Shown: positions 1 to 15,066 of the stretch, piece after piece
Position numbering within the stretch: position 1 is the first letter of the stretch
Layout of the letters: the number at the start of each line of letters is the position of its first letter
NCBI RefSeq assembly: GCF_009914755.1
Contig: NC_060934.1
Length of the DNA: 64,000 nucleotides
DNA from: the human T2T-CHM13v2.0 reference genome, Homo sapiens
Strand: one strand, 5' to 3'
Notes under the pieces: generated by a model
Told to the model about the DNA's origin: nothing
The model's database searches: none
Seen by the model: only the letters and a program-made list of their open reading frames with translations
Translations under genes and position numbers: made by a program

Positions 1-1288
1 GCGGTGGCAACGCCCAATGTTTGATGCCGTAAAGAAGCAATCCGAGGTGCCCGGGGATTCTGAAGAGGTAGGGGGACATACCTGGGTCCAGAAGAATTAT
101 CATAATGCCAATCAGAGTCCCATAAAGGAGGACTGGCATCAAAAAGAGGAAAATGGTCCAAAGGGGATTTATCATGGGTTTCAGAATCACGGATGTGAGG
201 GGTGGTAGTGGGGACAACAGAAAGAAAAGTTTCCCCTTCCCATACTCGCAGTCTGGACATGGCAATAGCCAATTTCCAAAGTTCTGGGTGTTCTGGGCTC
301 AGAATGGGGGATATCATAAGAGGCCTCGGGTGGCAGGGGGTAATGCTCTTATCTTCCCATTTTAAGGGACAGAATGAGCTGAACCTCCTATGCAAAGTAG
401 GATGATGATCCTCGTCCTCCCAATAAGAAATAAAACAAGTAGCCTCCAGGCATTCCCTTCCAGCAGAAGAGCAACTGCTTTTCAAATAGCCCTTTGGTGC
501 CCAGTCTCTTACTAAACCATATGAGTCATTTTTTAATAGTACTGCATGTGAATTAACACAATCTTCCCAAATTAAAGATTTAGATGGGCCCTCAAAAATT
601 TTAGGACATGGTTTTCCTACAGGTTTATATTGAAAGTAGGGGGTATCTCCTATTACTCCCCCTTTCATTTGTCTTAAAGGAGAAAGGGAGAGGCTGGAGA
701 CCAAATGTCCCCGTTCCCCTGTGGCTGATCTCTCCAGAAGGTACGCAGCCCAGACTTGAGTTTCTAGATGGATACAACCAGGTGCATGTCCGAGGCACAG
801 AGGAGGGTATTTATAACCGTAGGAACATTAAATGCAGTGCCTTCTTTTCCTGGTTGAGTGGGGCAACGGTCATCTGTAGCTCCAGGCATCCACACACTAT
901 CATTAGTATAGATTTCCGCAGGAGCATCCATCCAGGTGAGAGGTTGAATAAGTGGAGGAAAAGGCACATAAGCCCAGCAAGAATAATTTTGTGTAGCAGG
1001 TAAATCAATGTGAGGGGAAACTGGTGAGACAGAAAGTATAAGGAAGAGAATTATTAAATAAAACCTATTGTAAGCAAGATCCAGTGCTGAAGGAGGAATA
1101 GAAGAATAAGGGGATGTTATTTTCAGGCTAATAGAAATGGTGAGATTTTTAGGTTCGTAAGGAGAAAAAGAAAGGGAATTAGGAGAAGTGGGATTAGTTA
1201 GAGGGGTTTCTGTTGCCATTAGGGAGGATTGAACCAGACCCATTTTGATTTGGCGTGCCAGTTTCTGAGGAGTTGGCACAGATCTCAC
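1..1288 (-). pseudogene. env: HERV-K env (signal peptide + SU N-terminus), disrupted, truncated by the window edge
   Basis: ORF 764..1288 contains [43 protein letters not shown], matching the HERV-K SU start ([21 protein letters not shown]...DDRCP). The frame is broken downstream. Confidence 0.85.
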
Positions 1289-1469
1289 CAGGTATGAGGG
1301 TGGTCTCTGACGTGGACGTCTCTTCCCTGTGGTTTTTATTGTCAGTATTCACATGAAGTTTAAGTCTTCTAGTGGGCACCCAGACAGGGGATTGATGATC
1401 TCCTGGTGAAACACAAGCATACCCTCTTCCCCATGTTATAATCGTTCCAGGTTTCCAGGTATTGGTCTG
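1194..1469 (-). pseudogene. pol: HERV-K pol remnant: integrase C-terminal domain only
   Basis: Minus-strand translation QTNTWKPGTIITWGRGYACVSPGDHQSPVWVPTRRLK carries the betaretroviral IN C-terminal WGRGYAC...WVP motif. Confidence 0.85.
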
Positions 1470-1705
1470 GGAATTAAAGGCAAAGAATTAGGTAGTAAAT
1501 TTAGAGGAATGGTACTACAGAGATTGACCGCCCCTCCCCTTACTCTGGAGCATAGATAAGCGTTGTACTGAGACAGAAGAAGAGGCTGGGACACATCTGG
1601 GTTGGCTGTAGGTAAATTTGTTTGTGCTGGGGGCTGCGTTGGGACCGATTGAAGCAGAAAGGCAACATTCGTCTGAGTCTGAGGTGTCCCATTTGAAATT
1701 GGGGC
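1470..1705 (-). pseudogene. pro: HERV-K pro remnant (start of dUTPase domain) ending at a deletion breakpoint
   Basis: Minus strand reads GAVNLCSTIPLNLLPNSLPLIP (about 1534->1469), resembling HERV-K dUTPase motif 1 (GSAAVDLC..), then jumps into integrase. Confidence 0.65.
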
Positions 1706-3703
1706 CTAGGACTGGCCCCATTTCCCATTTCCCTGGTTCTGTGGCAAGGGATTTCCATCTATATCAGACTTAGAGTGGCAAGTACTTGCCCAATGTTTAC
1801 CTTTACAACAACAAGGGCAAACAGTAGCAGGAGCATTTGGCTGTGTTTTTTGAGCCGGCTTGGCTGCCTTTAAGTTTTTAACTGTGCAATTTTTTCGAGT
1901 ATGACCAAGTTGACCACAATTATAGCAGGCTCCAAGAAAAGAATCAGTCGAGCCAGTTTGATTGCCGTCCTTCATGGCCCGTGCCCACAGAATAGCTTTG
2001 TGGGCACAGAATAGCTTTGTGTCTGATCCAATGCCTTCATATTTAATATACTCAGGCAACACCTCACGATCAGGTAAATTTTGTTGTTGGACGGAATGCA
2101 TGGCCATTTTACACTCATGGTTCGCATTCTCAAAAGCTAACATTCGAAGAAGAATACCTTGAGCGTGCTCATCAGAGACAGATTTTTCAACAGCATCTTG
2201 TAATTTAGCTAAAAAATCAGGATATAATTCATTGTGACCCTGTTTAACAGTAGTAAAAGAAACAGGAGCTTGGCCTGGGGCGCGTAATTTATCCCAAGCT
2301 CTCATACACACCTTTGTTACTTGTTCCACGGTGAGAGCATCAAAGCCTAATTGGGCAGTAGTGTCAGAGTAATTATTGGAGCCTGTGAGCTGAGCCTGAG
2401 TAATTAGAATGCCATCAGCCCGATTTAGCTGAGCCTGCAGATGGGCCTCCCGTGACCACCAGGTACAGAATTGTAAATGTTGAGATGGAGTTAGAACAGC
2501 TTTTGCCAAAAGTCCCAGTCTAAAGGAAGCAAAATGACCTCAGTACAAAGAGTCTGTAATACCATTTTAACATATGGAGAAGTAGGACCATACTGAGTAC
2601 AAGCATCCTTGAATTCTTTTAAAAAGGTAAGATTGAGCAGCGCCTATCGATGCACTTGTACCCCTTGAGCATTGCAAGGTTCCAGCATGAACGGATAAGC
2701 CCACGCCTCTAATCCACTTGTTTGTTTTGGCGTAATAAGCATTGCATGGAAATTTCAACAACAGGCACATGAGACAGAGTTGGCACAGAAGTGACAGGAA
2801 AATTATGTGTAGATAAGGGAAACTGAGGCTGAGGAGGTTGGACCAGTATGAGAGCGTGAGAAAGGGGCACCAGAGGAGCAGAAGAGGCAGAAGCATACTG
2901 GTGATTATTGCCCAATCCTGTGCAACCAGAGTGGCAGGGGTGTCCACATGTGAAGAAGGGTACAGAGAAGCAGGTTGAGTGGATGGCAAAGTGACCAGTT
3001 GAGGAACCGAAATGACAGGAGGGTGAGGGGCTGTGGTGGATGGGGGAGGGCCTGCAGAATTACAGGTAAATTGTAGTTTAGTTCCGGAGCCATTAGATGG
3101 CTCCGGAGGCAAAGGCTGCAAAGGTTTGAAGAGGGAAGAGTTAGCATAGATACAGTCCTGGGCTGTCCAAGTCGGGGCCGTGGGAGCTACAAGTACTGGC
3201 TGTTCGTGAAAAGAAATAAGATCATCAGGGGGTGACGTTAAGCCAAAGTCACTGGAGTTAGATATTGAATCTTCAATATCCTCAGGTGGGGAAGGAGTAG
3301 GCGAAGGGAGAGGCTGATCAGGTAACGAAGGCCGTGCGGGAGAGGAAGGTTGAGGAAGAGGTGGAGGGTTTCCAGATTCAGAAAACTGTGGTAACTGCAG
3401 GGGGTGATGGGATTGGTATGTCATTAGGACGGCACATACCAAGGCCCAGTCACCCCAAACAGTGACGGGAACATAATTTCCTGTTGGGACCAGTTCCCGG
3501 AATTTTGCACCAACACGATCCCATAGTTCCACGTCTAATGTTCCCTTTTCAGGAAACAAAGGACAATGTTCTTCCACTGCCCTGAATAGGGTGACCATAT
3601 TTTCCATGGGTACCCAAACTCCCCCCTGTTTTAACAGGAGTTTAATATGGCAGAGATAAGCATAATGTTTAGACTCTGAGTGACCCAAAGTTAGCCTGGA
3701 CAA
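1706..3703 (-). pseudogene. gag: HERV-K gag, frameshifted (MA in ORF 2567..3703; CA/NC in ORF 1706..2509)
   Basis: MA-like ...CPLFPEKGTLDVELWDRVG; capsid major homology region VKQGHNELYPDFLAKL...LAFENANHECK; two zinc knuckles CYNCGQLGHTRKNC and CPCCCKGKHWASTC. Confidence 0.92.
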
Positions 3704-3826
3704 TACACAGACAACTTACCAATCATCAGAGAGCTGAACAAGCATTTCTGTGGACCAGACCAATGAACGTTTCTCCGCACCTACCAAAGGGAATCAGGTT
3801 CCCACATGCAATTAGGAGAAAGAAAA

Positions 3827-3842
3827 CCACATTGGTGTGCCA
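3827..3842 (-). promoter_or_regulatory. Degenerate tRNA-Lys primer binding site
   Basis: Minus strand TGGCACACCAATGTGG directly follows the LTR end and resembles the Lys PBS TGGCGCCCAACGTGG with CpG decay. Confidence 0.75.
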
Positions 3843-3844
3843 GA

Positions 3845-4934
3845 TATTGGGGGAACCAGCCCCCAATATTTCAACATAGGTTCTTTCTATTTTCCATAAG
3901 TGTCGGCTGGCTGAGAAATAAAGAGAGACAGTATAAAGAGAGGAATTTTACAGCTAGGCCACCGGGGGTGGCATCACATATCAGTAGGACTGTGATGCCC
4001 GCCTGAGCCTCAAACCAGCAAGTTTTTATTAAGGGTTTCAAAAAGGGGAGGGGGTGTAAGAACAGGGAGTAGGTACAAAGATCACATGCTTCAAAGGGCA
4101 AAAAGCAGAACTACTAATATGGGTCTAACAAAGATCACATGCTTCTCAGGGAACAGGACAAAGGGCAAAAGCAGAACCACTGATAAGGGTCCAACAAAGA
4201 TCACAAGGCAAAGGGCAAAAGCAGAACTACAGATGAGGGTCTATGTTCAGCGGTGCACATATTGTCTTGAGAAACATCTTAAACAACAGAAAACAGGGTT
4301 CGAGAGCAGAGAACCAGTCTGACCACAAATTTACCAGGGCAGAGTTTTTCCCCACCCTAGTAAGCCTGAGGGTACTGCAGGAGACCAGGGCATATCTCAG
4401 TCCTTATCTCAACTGTACAAGACAGACATTCCCAGAGTGGCCGTTTATAGACCTCCCCGGAGGAATGCATTCCTTTCACAGGGTATTAATATTAATATTC
4501 CTTGCTAGGAAAAGAATTTAGCAATATCTTTCCTACTTGCACGTCCATTTATATCCTCTCTGCAAGAAAGAAAATATGGCTCTTTTTGCCCGACCCCACA
4601 GGCAGTCAGACCTTATGGTTGTCTTCCCTTGTTCCCTAAAAATCGCTATTATTCTGTTCTTTTTCAAGGTGCACTGATTTCATATTGTTCAAACACACAT
4701 GTTTTACAATCAATTTGTACAGTTAACACAATTATCACAGTGGTCCTGAGGTGACATACACCCTCAGCTTATGAAGATAACAGGATTAAGAGATTAAAGA
4801 CAGGCATAAGAAATTATAAAAGTATTATTTGGGAACTGATAAATGTCCATATTAAAATGAAATCTTCACAATTTCTGTTCCTCTGCCATGCCTCCAGCCC
4901 ATCCCTCCATTTGGGTCCCTGACTTCCTACAACA
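3845..4934 (-). mobile_element. 5' LTR, MER11 family (~1.09 kb)
   Basis: Minus strand begins TGTTGTAGGAAGTCAGGGACCC...GAGGAACAGAAATTGTGAAGATT and ends GGGGCTGGTTCCCCCAATA, both as in MER11. It has internal short tandem repeats at about 4076-4240 and a poly(A) signal region near 4025. Confidence 0.85.
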
Positions 4935-5385
4935 CTAGCATCCTAGCAGTCATGGTGACAGTGACATTGAAGGTGGGGGCTCCATCGGTGCTCTTGGTAT
5001 AAAGATAGGTCAGTTCCCCATCCTGCAGCAGTAGGTCCCAGATCACAGAACATTTCTGGCCCCCAAGTGTCACCTCATTCACAAAAAAACTTGACCAGTC
5101 TTTGCCAACCAGGACATCAACCTCAGCTGGCTTGACGTTGATGAAGGTTTTCCCAGGGATGGTGGCCTGGATGGAAGGCAAGTCCTTGTAGCCCACGATG
5201 GCTGCATCCTACAGGTCCCTTCCACCACGAGGTTGTCGATGTGGGTGTTCCACCCTGCCGTGGGCTGCTTGTGGCACTGCTGCCACCTCGCAGACAGGCA
5301 GGGGAGGCGGAGAGCTCAGGGCATGCACTGTGGTCGGGACCACTGCTCTGCTATCCGTGCAGAAGCCCTTGTACTGCCACTTCCT
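4935..5385 (-). pseudogene. PFN1: Profilin-1 processed pseudogene (PFN1P11-like), 5'UTR plus N-terminal ~110 codons; cut by the ERV
   Basis: Intronless match to PFN1 ([47 protein letters not shown]). ATG is mutated to ACG at 5261, there is a 1-nt deletion near 5210, and the PFN1-like 5'UTR (GAGCTCTCCGCCTCCCC) is present. Confidence 0.93.
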
Positions 5386-6550
<1,165 letters not shown>

Positions 6551-6556
6551 AATTTA

Positions 6557-6862
<306 letters not shown>

Positions 6863-7271
6863 TTACCAGATGAAATCACAGCCCCAAGGTAGCAGACATT
6901 CTTGGTGTCAATCATTATAGAAGAGATGGGCCAAACAGGAGTTGTTAGTTGAGGCTCACAGAGGTGGGAGATGGCATCTGATGGCATCTGTCCCACTCTC
7001 TGGGAGTGGTCTGTCTGCAAGTTTAGTAAGGATGGAGTGAAGGCTGCTGGAATTAGGCAGGAAGGCAGCAGGTAGGGGGCCTCATGATGAAGAAGAGCTG
7101 GCCAGGCCTCATAAGCCAGACTGCCTGGTTGCCCATTACTCAGAATTTTCAAATGTTGTTCAGATTTTTAAGGCCATTTGCAGCCAGAGGTATGGGCTGG
7201 GATGAAACCTATGAGAAACCTTCATGCAAGAAAGGGGATTTGAGGTAGGCCTTGAAGGAGAGCTAGGACTG

Positions 7272-8064
7272 ATGCAGGACAGACAGACAGGCAAACCTCT
7301 AAACTGGGGCTTAGCCCAGGAGGGTTCTTGGCTTCACCCAGGAAAGAATTCCAGGGCAAGCTGGTGGTGGTAGCCAGCAAGCAGCAGCGCACAGAGCAGA
7401 AGAGGTACTGCTCCTCGTGGAGCAGGGCTACCCAGGGGCAGTGCCCCCAAAGTCACAGCTCAGAGGCAGAGCTGCACTCACATTTACAGTCACTTTTAAT
7501 TATATGCAAATTAAGGGGTGGTTTATGTAGAAATTTCTAGGATGAGGTAGTAATTTTCAGGCCATCAAGTTATTGCCATGGAAAGGGGTGTTAATATCCG
7601 GGTGTTGCCAAGGCAATGGTAAAGTGACATGGCACACTGGTGGGTGGGTCTTATGGAAAGCTGCTTCTGCCCTGGACCTGGTTTTTTGTTTTGTTTTGTT
7701 TTGTTTTTTTTTGAGATGGAACCTCACTTTGTTGGCTCACTGCAACCTCCACCTCCCATGTGCAAGCGATTCTCATGCCTCGGCCTCCCAAGCAGGTGGG
7801 ACTACAGGCACCCACCACCACACTGGCTAATTTTTGTATTTTAGTAGAGATGGGGTTTCACCATGTTGACTAGGGTGATCTTGAACTCCTGAGCTCAGGC
7901 AATCTGCCTGCATCAGCCTCCCAAAGTGCTAGGATTACAGGTGTGAGCCACTGTGCCCGGCCTGCCCTAGATCTGTTTAACTGGTCCTCAATTTGGTCAG
8001 GTGTCTGAGCCCTGCCTCCAGAGTAAGGTTCACCTTCCTGAGTCCAGTCCTACCTCCTACCTCA
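7272..8064 (-). mobile_element. ERV1-class solo LTR (MER66-like) interrupted by an Alu (~7690-7962)
   Basis: Minus strand starts TGAGGTAGGAGG...GACCAAATTGAGGAC; contains the GGTTCTTGGCTTC..CAGGAAAGAATT motif typical of MER4-group LTRs. Confidence 0.55.
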
Positions 8065-8783
8065 GAACTGTTAGGTAGAGATGTGAAGGAGTAGGGAGAG
8101 AAGGGTGTTGCTGGAAGGGAGAGTAGCAGAGGCTGGAAGGAGCATGGCAGGAGGGGAATGGTGATGGCCTTAGCTGAAGAGACAAAGAGGTGTGTTGTGG
8201 GGGATCCCTGAGAAAGATCTGAGGGGTACATTGTGTCAGGCTCTGGAGCCCTGGAATGGAAGGGTATAAAGGGTATAGGGAGGCTGTAGGAGCTATTGAG
8301 AGCACTGCAGCAGGGAGCAGCAAGGTGACAGTGGTGTTTTAGGAGGGTGAAACTGGTGTTGGTGCATGGGGTAGGCTGGATGAGGAGATCGTGTGTAAAG
8401 CCTGAGAGCTGGACTGACAAGTGGAGAGGCCTGAATCCTAAGATCCAGGCAGGGGCCTCAGTCGGGTCAACCAGCTGGTAGGGAAATATGAATGGCTACT
8501 TTCTACTCCTACAGAGACTGCCAAGCTGACCTGATATTTCACCCCAATCAGAAACAAGAAATGGGAATTTAAAACACACACACACACAAAATGTGTTGCT
8601 TCACACTCTCATCACCATATTATAAAAGTTATACATCATAATTGCAGAAATTTGGAAAACACAAATTACTAAAACTAAATATTTTTAAACTGTATTTTTT
8701 AACCTAAATGAGGCTGTATTTTTGGCATGAATATTTTTCTATAACTTTCCTATTATTATTTCTCTTTCTTCTCTCACTTTTGA

Positions 8784-9131
<348 letters not shown>

Positions 9132-9568
9132 TGATTGATATTCAGAAGTGAAGGGGCAGATCCTGATTGTTTGGTTTGCAAAAGGGGGTTCACTGAGGTG
9201 AGTTGTCATAAATTGATTGAACAGATTTCTTTTTCTGTTTCTTTTCTTTTTTTTTTTTTTGAGACAGGGTCTGGTTCTGTCACTTAGTCTGAGTGCAGTG
9301 GTGCAATCACGGCTCACTTCAGCCTCGACTTCCTGGGTTCAGGTGATCCTCCCACCTCAGCCTCCCAAGTAGCTGGGACTACAGGCGCACATCTTCACGC
9401 TCAGCTAATGTTTGAATTTTTCATAGGGATGGGGTTTCACCATGATCCCCAGGCTGGTCTTGAATTCCTGAGCTCAAGTGATCCTCCCTACTTGGCCTCC
9501 CAAAGTGCTGGGATTACCAGTGTGAGCCACTGCGCCCAGCTGAACAGATTTCAAATGAGTTCTGGTAA

Positions 9569-10186
9569 TATATTAGTTTTCTACTACCACATTACCATGA
9601 ATATTACCAGAAACTTTGTGGCTTAAAACAACACACATGTATTATCTTACAGTCTTGGTGGGTTAGGAACCTAAGTATAGCTTCTCTGGGCCATCTACTT
9701 AGTGTCTCACAGGCTGCAGTAAAGGTGTGGGCCAGGGTTGGGTTCCATCTGGAGGCTCTACTGGGGAAGAATCTGCTTCCTATGTGCCTGGTTGTTAGCA
9801 GGATTGAGTTCCTTTTGATTGTTGGACTGAGAGCTTTTTTTTTTTTTTTCCGCTGGCTGTCAGCTGGAGGCCCAGAGGTAGGTGACTAGATGGTACTTGC
9901 AGTTCCTTGTCACGTGGAGTTCTCCAACGTGGCCACTCGCTTACTCACAGCCGGCAAGAGAGAGAGGCTCTGGCAAGAGAGAGGCTCCAGCAAGATGAGG
10001 GGAATGGTGATGTAACATGTAATCTTATGTAACATCATCATGTGTTTCCTATCACCTGTGCATACACTATCGATTAGAAGCAAATCAAAGATCATGTCCA
10101 CAAGGAAGAGAAGAGGATCACACAAGAGCAAGAACACCAGGAGGTGGGGTCAAAGGCTACCCTGAGCGGCCAGTCTGTCCACCACA
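9569..10186 (-). mobile_element. MLT1 (MaLR) LTR
   Basis: TATTAGTTT...GTGGCTTAAAACAAC...GGAGGCTCTACTGGGGAAGAATCTGCTTCC...ACCACA, typical reverse-strand MLT1 text. Confidence 0.7.
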
Positions 10187-10234
10187 GGTAGCTACGTGTT
10201 ACCATGGCTATAGAACATTCCATCTTTTCCTAAG

Positions 10235-11105
10235 TTTGTGGATGTGGAGCAACTGGAGTGGCATACACTGCTATCGGAAATGTAAAGTGTTAAACCACTT
10301 TGGAAAATGGTTTGGCAGTTTCTTGAAAACTGAAACACTTACCATATGATCCAGCCATTCCACTACTAGATAGTTACCCAAGAGAAATGAAAACAACCCA
10401 CATAAAGACTTGTGTACAAATGTTCATAGCAGAATATTCATAATATTCCAAAAGTGGAGGCCAGGTGTGATGGGCTTATGCCTGTAATCCCAGAACTTTG
10501 GGAGGGCAAGGCAGGAAAATCACTTGAGCCCAGGCAACATAGGGAGACCCTGTCTTTACAGAAAAAATTGTAAAAATTAGCCAGGCATGGTGGCATGAAC
10601 CTGTAGTTCCAGCTATTCCGGAGGTTGAGGTGGGAGGATTGCTTGAGCCTGGGAGCTTGAGCTGTGGTTATGCCATACACTCCAGCCTGGATGACAGAGG
10701 AGTGACTCTGTCTCAAAAACAACGACAAAAACCAAAACCAAAAAACAACAAAACAAAACAAAAACCCAAAAGTGGAAACAACCCAAGTGTCCATCAACAA
10801 GAGAGTGAATAAACACAGTGAGAACTATCCATGCAGTGGAATATTTCTCAGCAATAAAAATGAACAGGCTAGTTATATGCACAACAACATGTCAAATCAT
10901 CATGCTGCAAGAATGAAGCCAGACAAAAAAAGACCCCCCTCCCCTCAAAAAAGCCTGTATGATGCTATTTATTTGCCATTCTAGAAATGCAAATTAATCT
11001 ATAGTTCCCAAAAGCAGGGCAGTGGTTGCCCGGGTGAGACAGAGAAGGAGAGATGGACTTTAAAGGGCACTTGGAAACTTCTGAGGGTGATGAAATGTTT
11101 TGCAT
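10235..11105 (+). mobile_element. Old L1M 3' fragment with Alu insertion
   Basis: ACCACTTTGGAAAATGGTTTGGCAGTTTCTT, CCATATGATCCAGCCATTCCACT and GGAAACAACCCAAGTGTCCATCAAC are L1 ORF2 end / 3'UTR motifs. Confidence 0.75.
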
Positions 11106-11199
11106 CTTTTTTTTTTTTTTTTTAATTGAGACAAGGGGCCGGGCGTGGTGGCTCATGTCTGTAATCCCAGCACTTTGGGAGGCCAAGGTGGGCCGATCA

Positions 11200-11586
<387 letters not shown>

Positions 11587-11742
11587 TTAATAGTGGTGGT
11601 GGTTCACAGATGTATACGTCTGTCACACTCATCAAATCGTACACTTTAAAGAATGTGGTTATTGTGCAGGCCGGGCGTGGTGGCTCAACGCCTGTAATCC
11701 CAGCACTTTGGGAGGCCAAGGCAGGTGGATCACCTGAGGTCA

Positions 11743-12049
<307 letters not shown>

Positions 12050-12162
12050 TCAACGGAGACATATGAATCTAGACACTTGGAAGAGGAAGTAATGTTGATA
12101 TTGAATACAGGTAATTTTGAACAAAATTTTCAATACAATAACATTCTCACATCTTTTATTAA

Positions 12163-12492
<330 letters not shown>

Positions 12493-12812
12493 TGAAATAT
12501 TTTACATATTAATTCACTTACAAGGTGGTTACCATCAGTTTGGTATTAATACAATAAAGAGGTTATCAATAAAAATTACTAGTGATGTTGAGCATTTTTC
12601 ACATTTATCAGCCAGTTGATTTTTTTTTTTGAATTGCCTACTTGTGCCTTTTGCCAATTTTTCTATTAGATTGTTTTTCCTTCTTCATTTGTTTACAGGC
12701 CTATCTGCCTCATCAGCCTGGGAGTTCCACAGAGACAAGAACTGTATTTCATTTCTTTCTCTATCCCCAGCCTAGTACAGTGTCTGGTATTTAGTTCATG
12801 AAATGTTTGTTA

Positions 12813-13154
<342 letters not shown>

Positions 13155-13410
13155 TTATCGCTATGTTGCCCAGGCTGCTGATACTGAACTCCTGGCCTTG
13201 AGTGACCCTTCTGCCTCGGCCTCCCAAAGTGCTGGGACTACAGGTGTGTCACCATATGGATAGGTTGGCCTTGAACTCCTGACCTCAAGTGATCCACCTT
13301 GGCCTTTCAAAGTGTTGGGATTACAGGCGTGAGCCACCACGCCTGGCCCCTTGTCTCAATTAATCAAAAAAAGGCCTAGGCAACAGAACAAGACTCTGGG
13401 GAAAAAAAAA

Positions 13411-13510
13411 TATATATGTATATATATATGTGTATATATATGTATATATATGTATATATGTGTATATATGTGTATATATATGTGTATATATATATATGTG
13501 TATATATATA
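13411..13510. repeat. (TA)n/(TATG)n microsatellite
   Basis: Directly visible dinucleotide-type repeat. Confidence 0.95.
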
Positions 13511-13929
13511 TGAATGGAATGATATTCTCATAACCCCTTGGAAACATTATTACTTCTGTTTAACAGATGAGGAATATAAGACAGAAGCTGAGTAATTTGC
13601 AGCCACACACTGCTAAATGGTAGCATTGGGACTGTAATCCGGGCCTTCTGATTCTTTTTAATTATTTGTATTAATTTTAATTTTATTTTATTTTTAAAGA
13701 GATGGAGTTTCGCTATGTTGCCCAGGGTGGTCTGGAACTCTCAGGCTCAGGTGATCCTCCTGCCTGGGTCTCCCAAAGGGCTGGGATTTCAGGCGTGCGC
13801 CGCCATGCCCTGCCGCAGGCTTTCCGATTCTGAACCATAGAGTCAATGAAACTGTCCTCCATCCCCTCCAGAGATGTTTGCCTGGACCCTGTTTTCCTCA
13901 GGATATCAATGAATAGTTCATGAGTTTAG

Positions 13930-14360
13930 TGAGCAAAGGTCAACCTCCATCAGGCGCATGCGTCCCTTCCTTTTCCCATGGAGGAAGAGACGCCTCTTTT
14001 CCTTCCGCTTTGCTTGTCTTTTGGCCCCGGCGACTCACCATCGTCAGTGCGCAACCGTTCGCTAACTGAAATGATGGCGACTGGAACGCCAGAGTCTCAA
14101 GCGCGGTTCGGTCAGTCCGTGAAGGGGCTTCTCACGGAGAAGGTGACCACCTGTGGTACTGACGTAATCGCGCTCACCAAGCAGGTGCTGAAAGGCTCCC
14201 GGAGCTCCGAGGTGAGCTGGAAGTGGACTCTCCCGGCCTGATAGTCCGGGGAGTCGCAGTCTTTCGTTGCTGTGGGAAGGAGGTCGCGTTGCATCTTGGG
14301 AATTGTAGGCTGTGAAGTACTTGCTATGAGTAGGTCTTCTTCGCGGAGGCGCGTGTTGCA
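13930..14360 (+). promoter_or_regulatory. BORCS7: BORCS7 CpG-rich promoter / exon 1 region
   Basis: CpG-dense stretch; NRF1-like GCGCATGCGT at 13954-13963; ETS-like CTTCCG; YY1-like ATGATGGCG over the start codon. Confidence 0.7.
14071..14211 (+). CDS. BORCS7: BORCS7 (BLOC-1-related complex subunit 7) coding exon 1
   Basis: MMATGTPESQARFGQSVKGLLTEKVTTCGTDVIALTKQVLKGSRSSE, 141 nt, donor GAG|gtgag. Confidence 0.96.
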
Positions 14361-14640
14361 TTCTGGGGTGTGCAGTCTCTTTGGTTAGGGACAGTGTGTG
14401 AGGGTTGGGGGAAGAAGCGATGCCATGGGAACCTGTGCTTTAAAACAGCTCTTTGGGAGGCCGAGGCGGGCGGATCACCTGAGGTCGGGAGTTCGAAACT
14501 AGCCTGACAATCATGGAGAAACCCCCGTCTCTACTAAAAAATAATAATTAAAAAAATATATAGCCGAGCGTGGTGGCACATGCCTGTAATCCCAGTTACT
14601 TGGGAGGCTGAGGCAGGAGAATTGCTTGAACCTGGGAGGT

Positions 14641-14780
14641 GAATTATATATATAAGTATTATATATTACGTATTATATAATATATATACGTATATATTAT
14701 ATATAATGTGTATGTATATATTACATATATAATATACATATATATTATATATAATATATGTAATATATATTATATATATT
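14641..14780. repeat. AT-rich (TA)-derived low-complexity tract replacing the 3' end of an Alu (~14453-14640)
   Basis: The Alu stops at CCTGGGAGGT and is followed by about 140 nt of TATA/TATG/TACG-type repeats. Confidence 0.85.
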
Positions 14781-14928
14781 TTCAACTAGAGGTGTTTATA
14801 GTTAACCACCTGTAAATATTCAACATATTCATCATAATAAACGTACATTTATTTAGCATTTTATATATGCTAGACACTGTTGTCTTTTATGGAGTTTAAT
14901 TCATGAAGTCTTTAGAATGACTAATTGA

Positions 14929-15066
<138 letters not shown>

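Larger units (their letters stand above)
1..4934 (-). mobile_element. HERV-K11 (HML-8)-type betaretrovirus-like provirus, defective; 3' part continues left of the window
   Basis: Order on the minus strand is LTR (MER11-like) - PBS - gag - start of pro - integrase tail - env. Protein motifs are HERV-K-like (listed in the sub-features). Confidence 0.9.

Noticed and set aside
1706-3703. 378-aa and 267-aa gag ORFs as a functional or domesticated protein
   Set aside because: There is no canonical ATG-Gly myristoylation start, frameshifts separate MA and CA, the second zinc knuckle is altered, and nothing visible suggests selection.
13351-13547. Ile/Tyr/Cys/His-rich ORFs
   Set aside because: Translations of the (TA)n/(TATG)n microsatellite.
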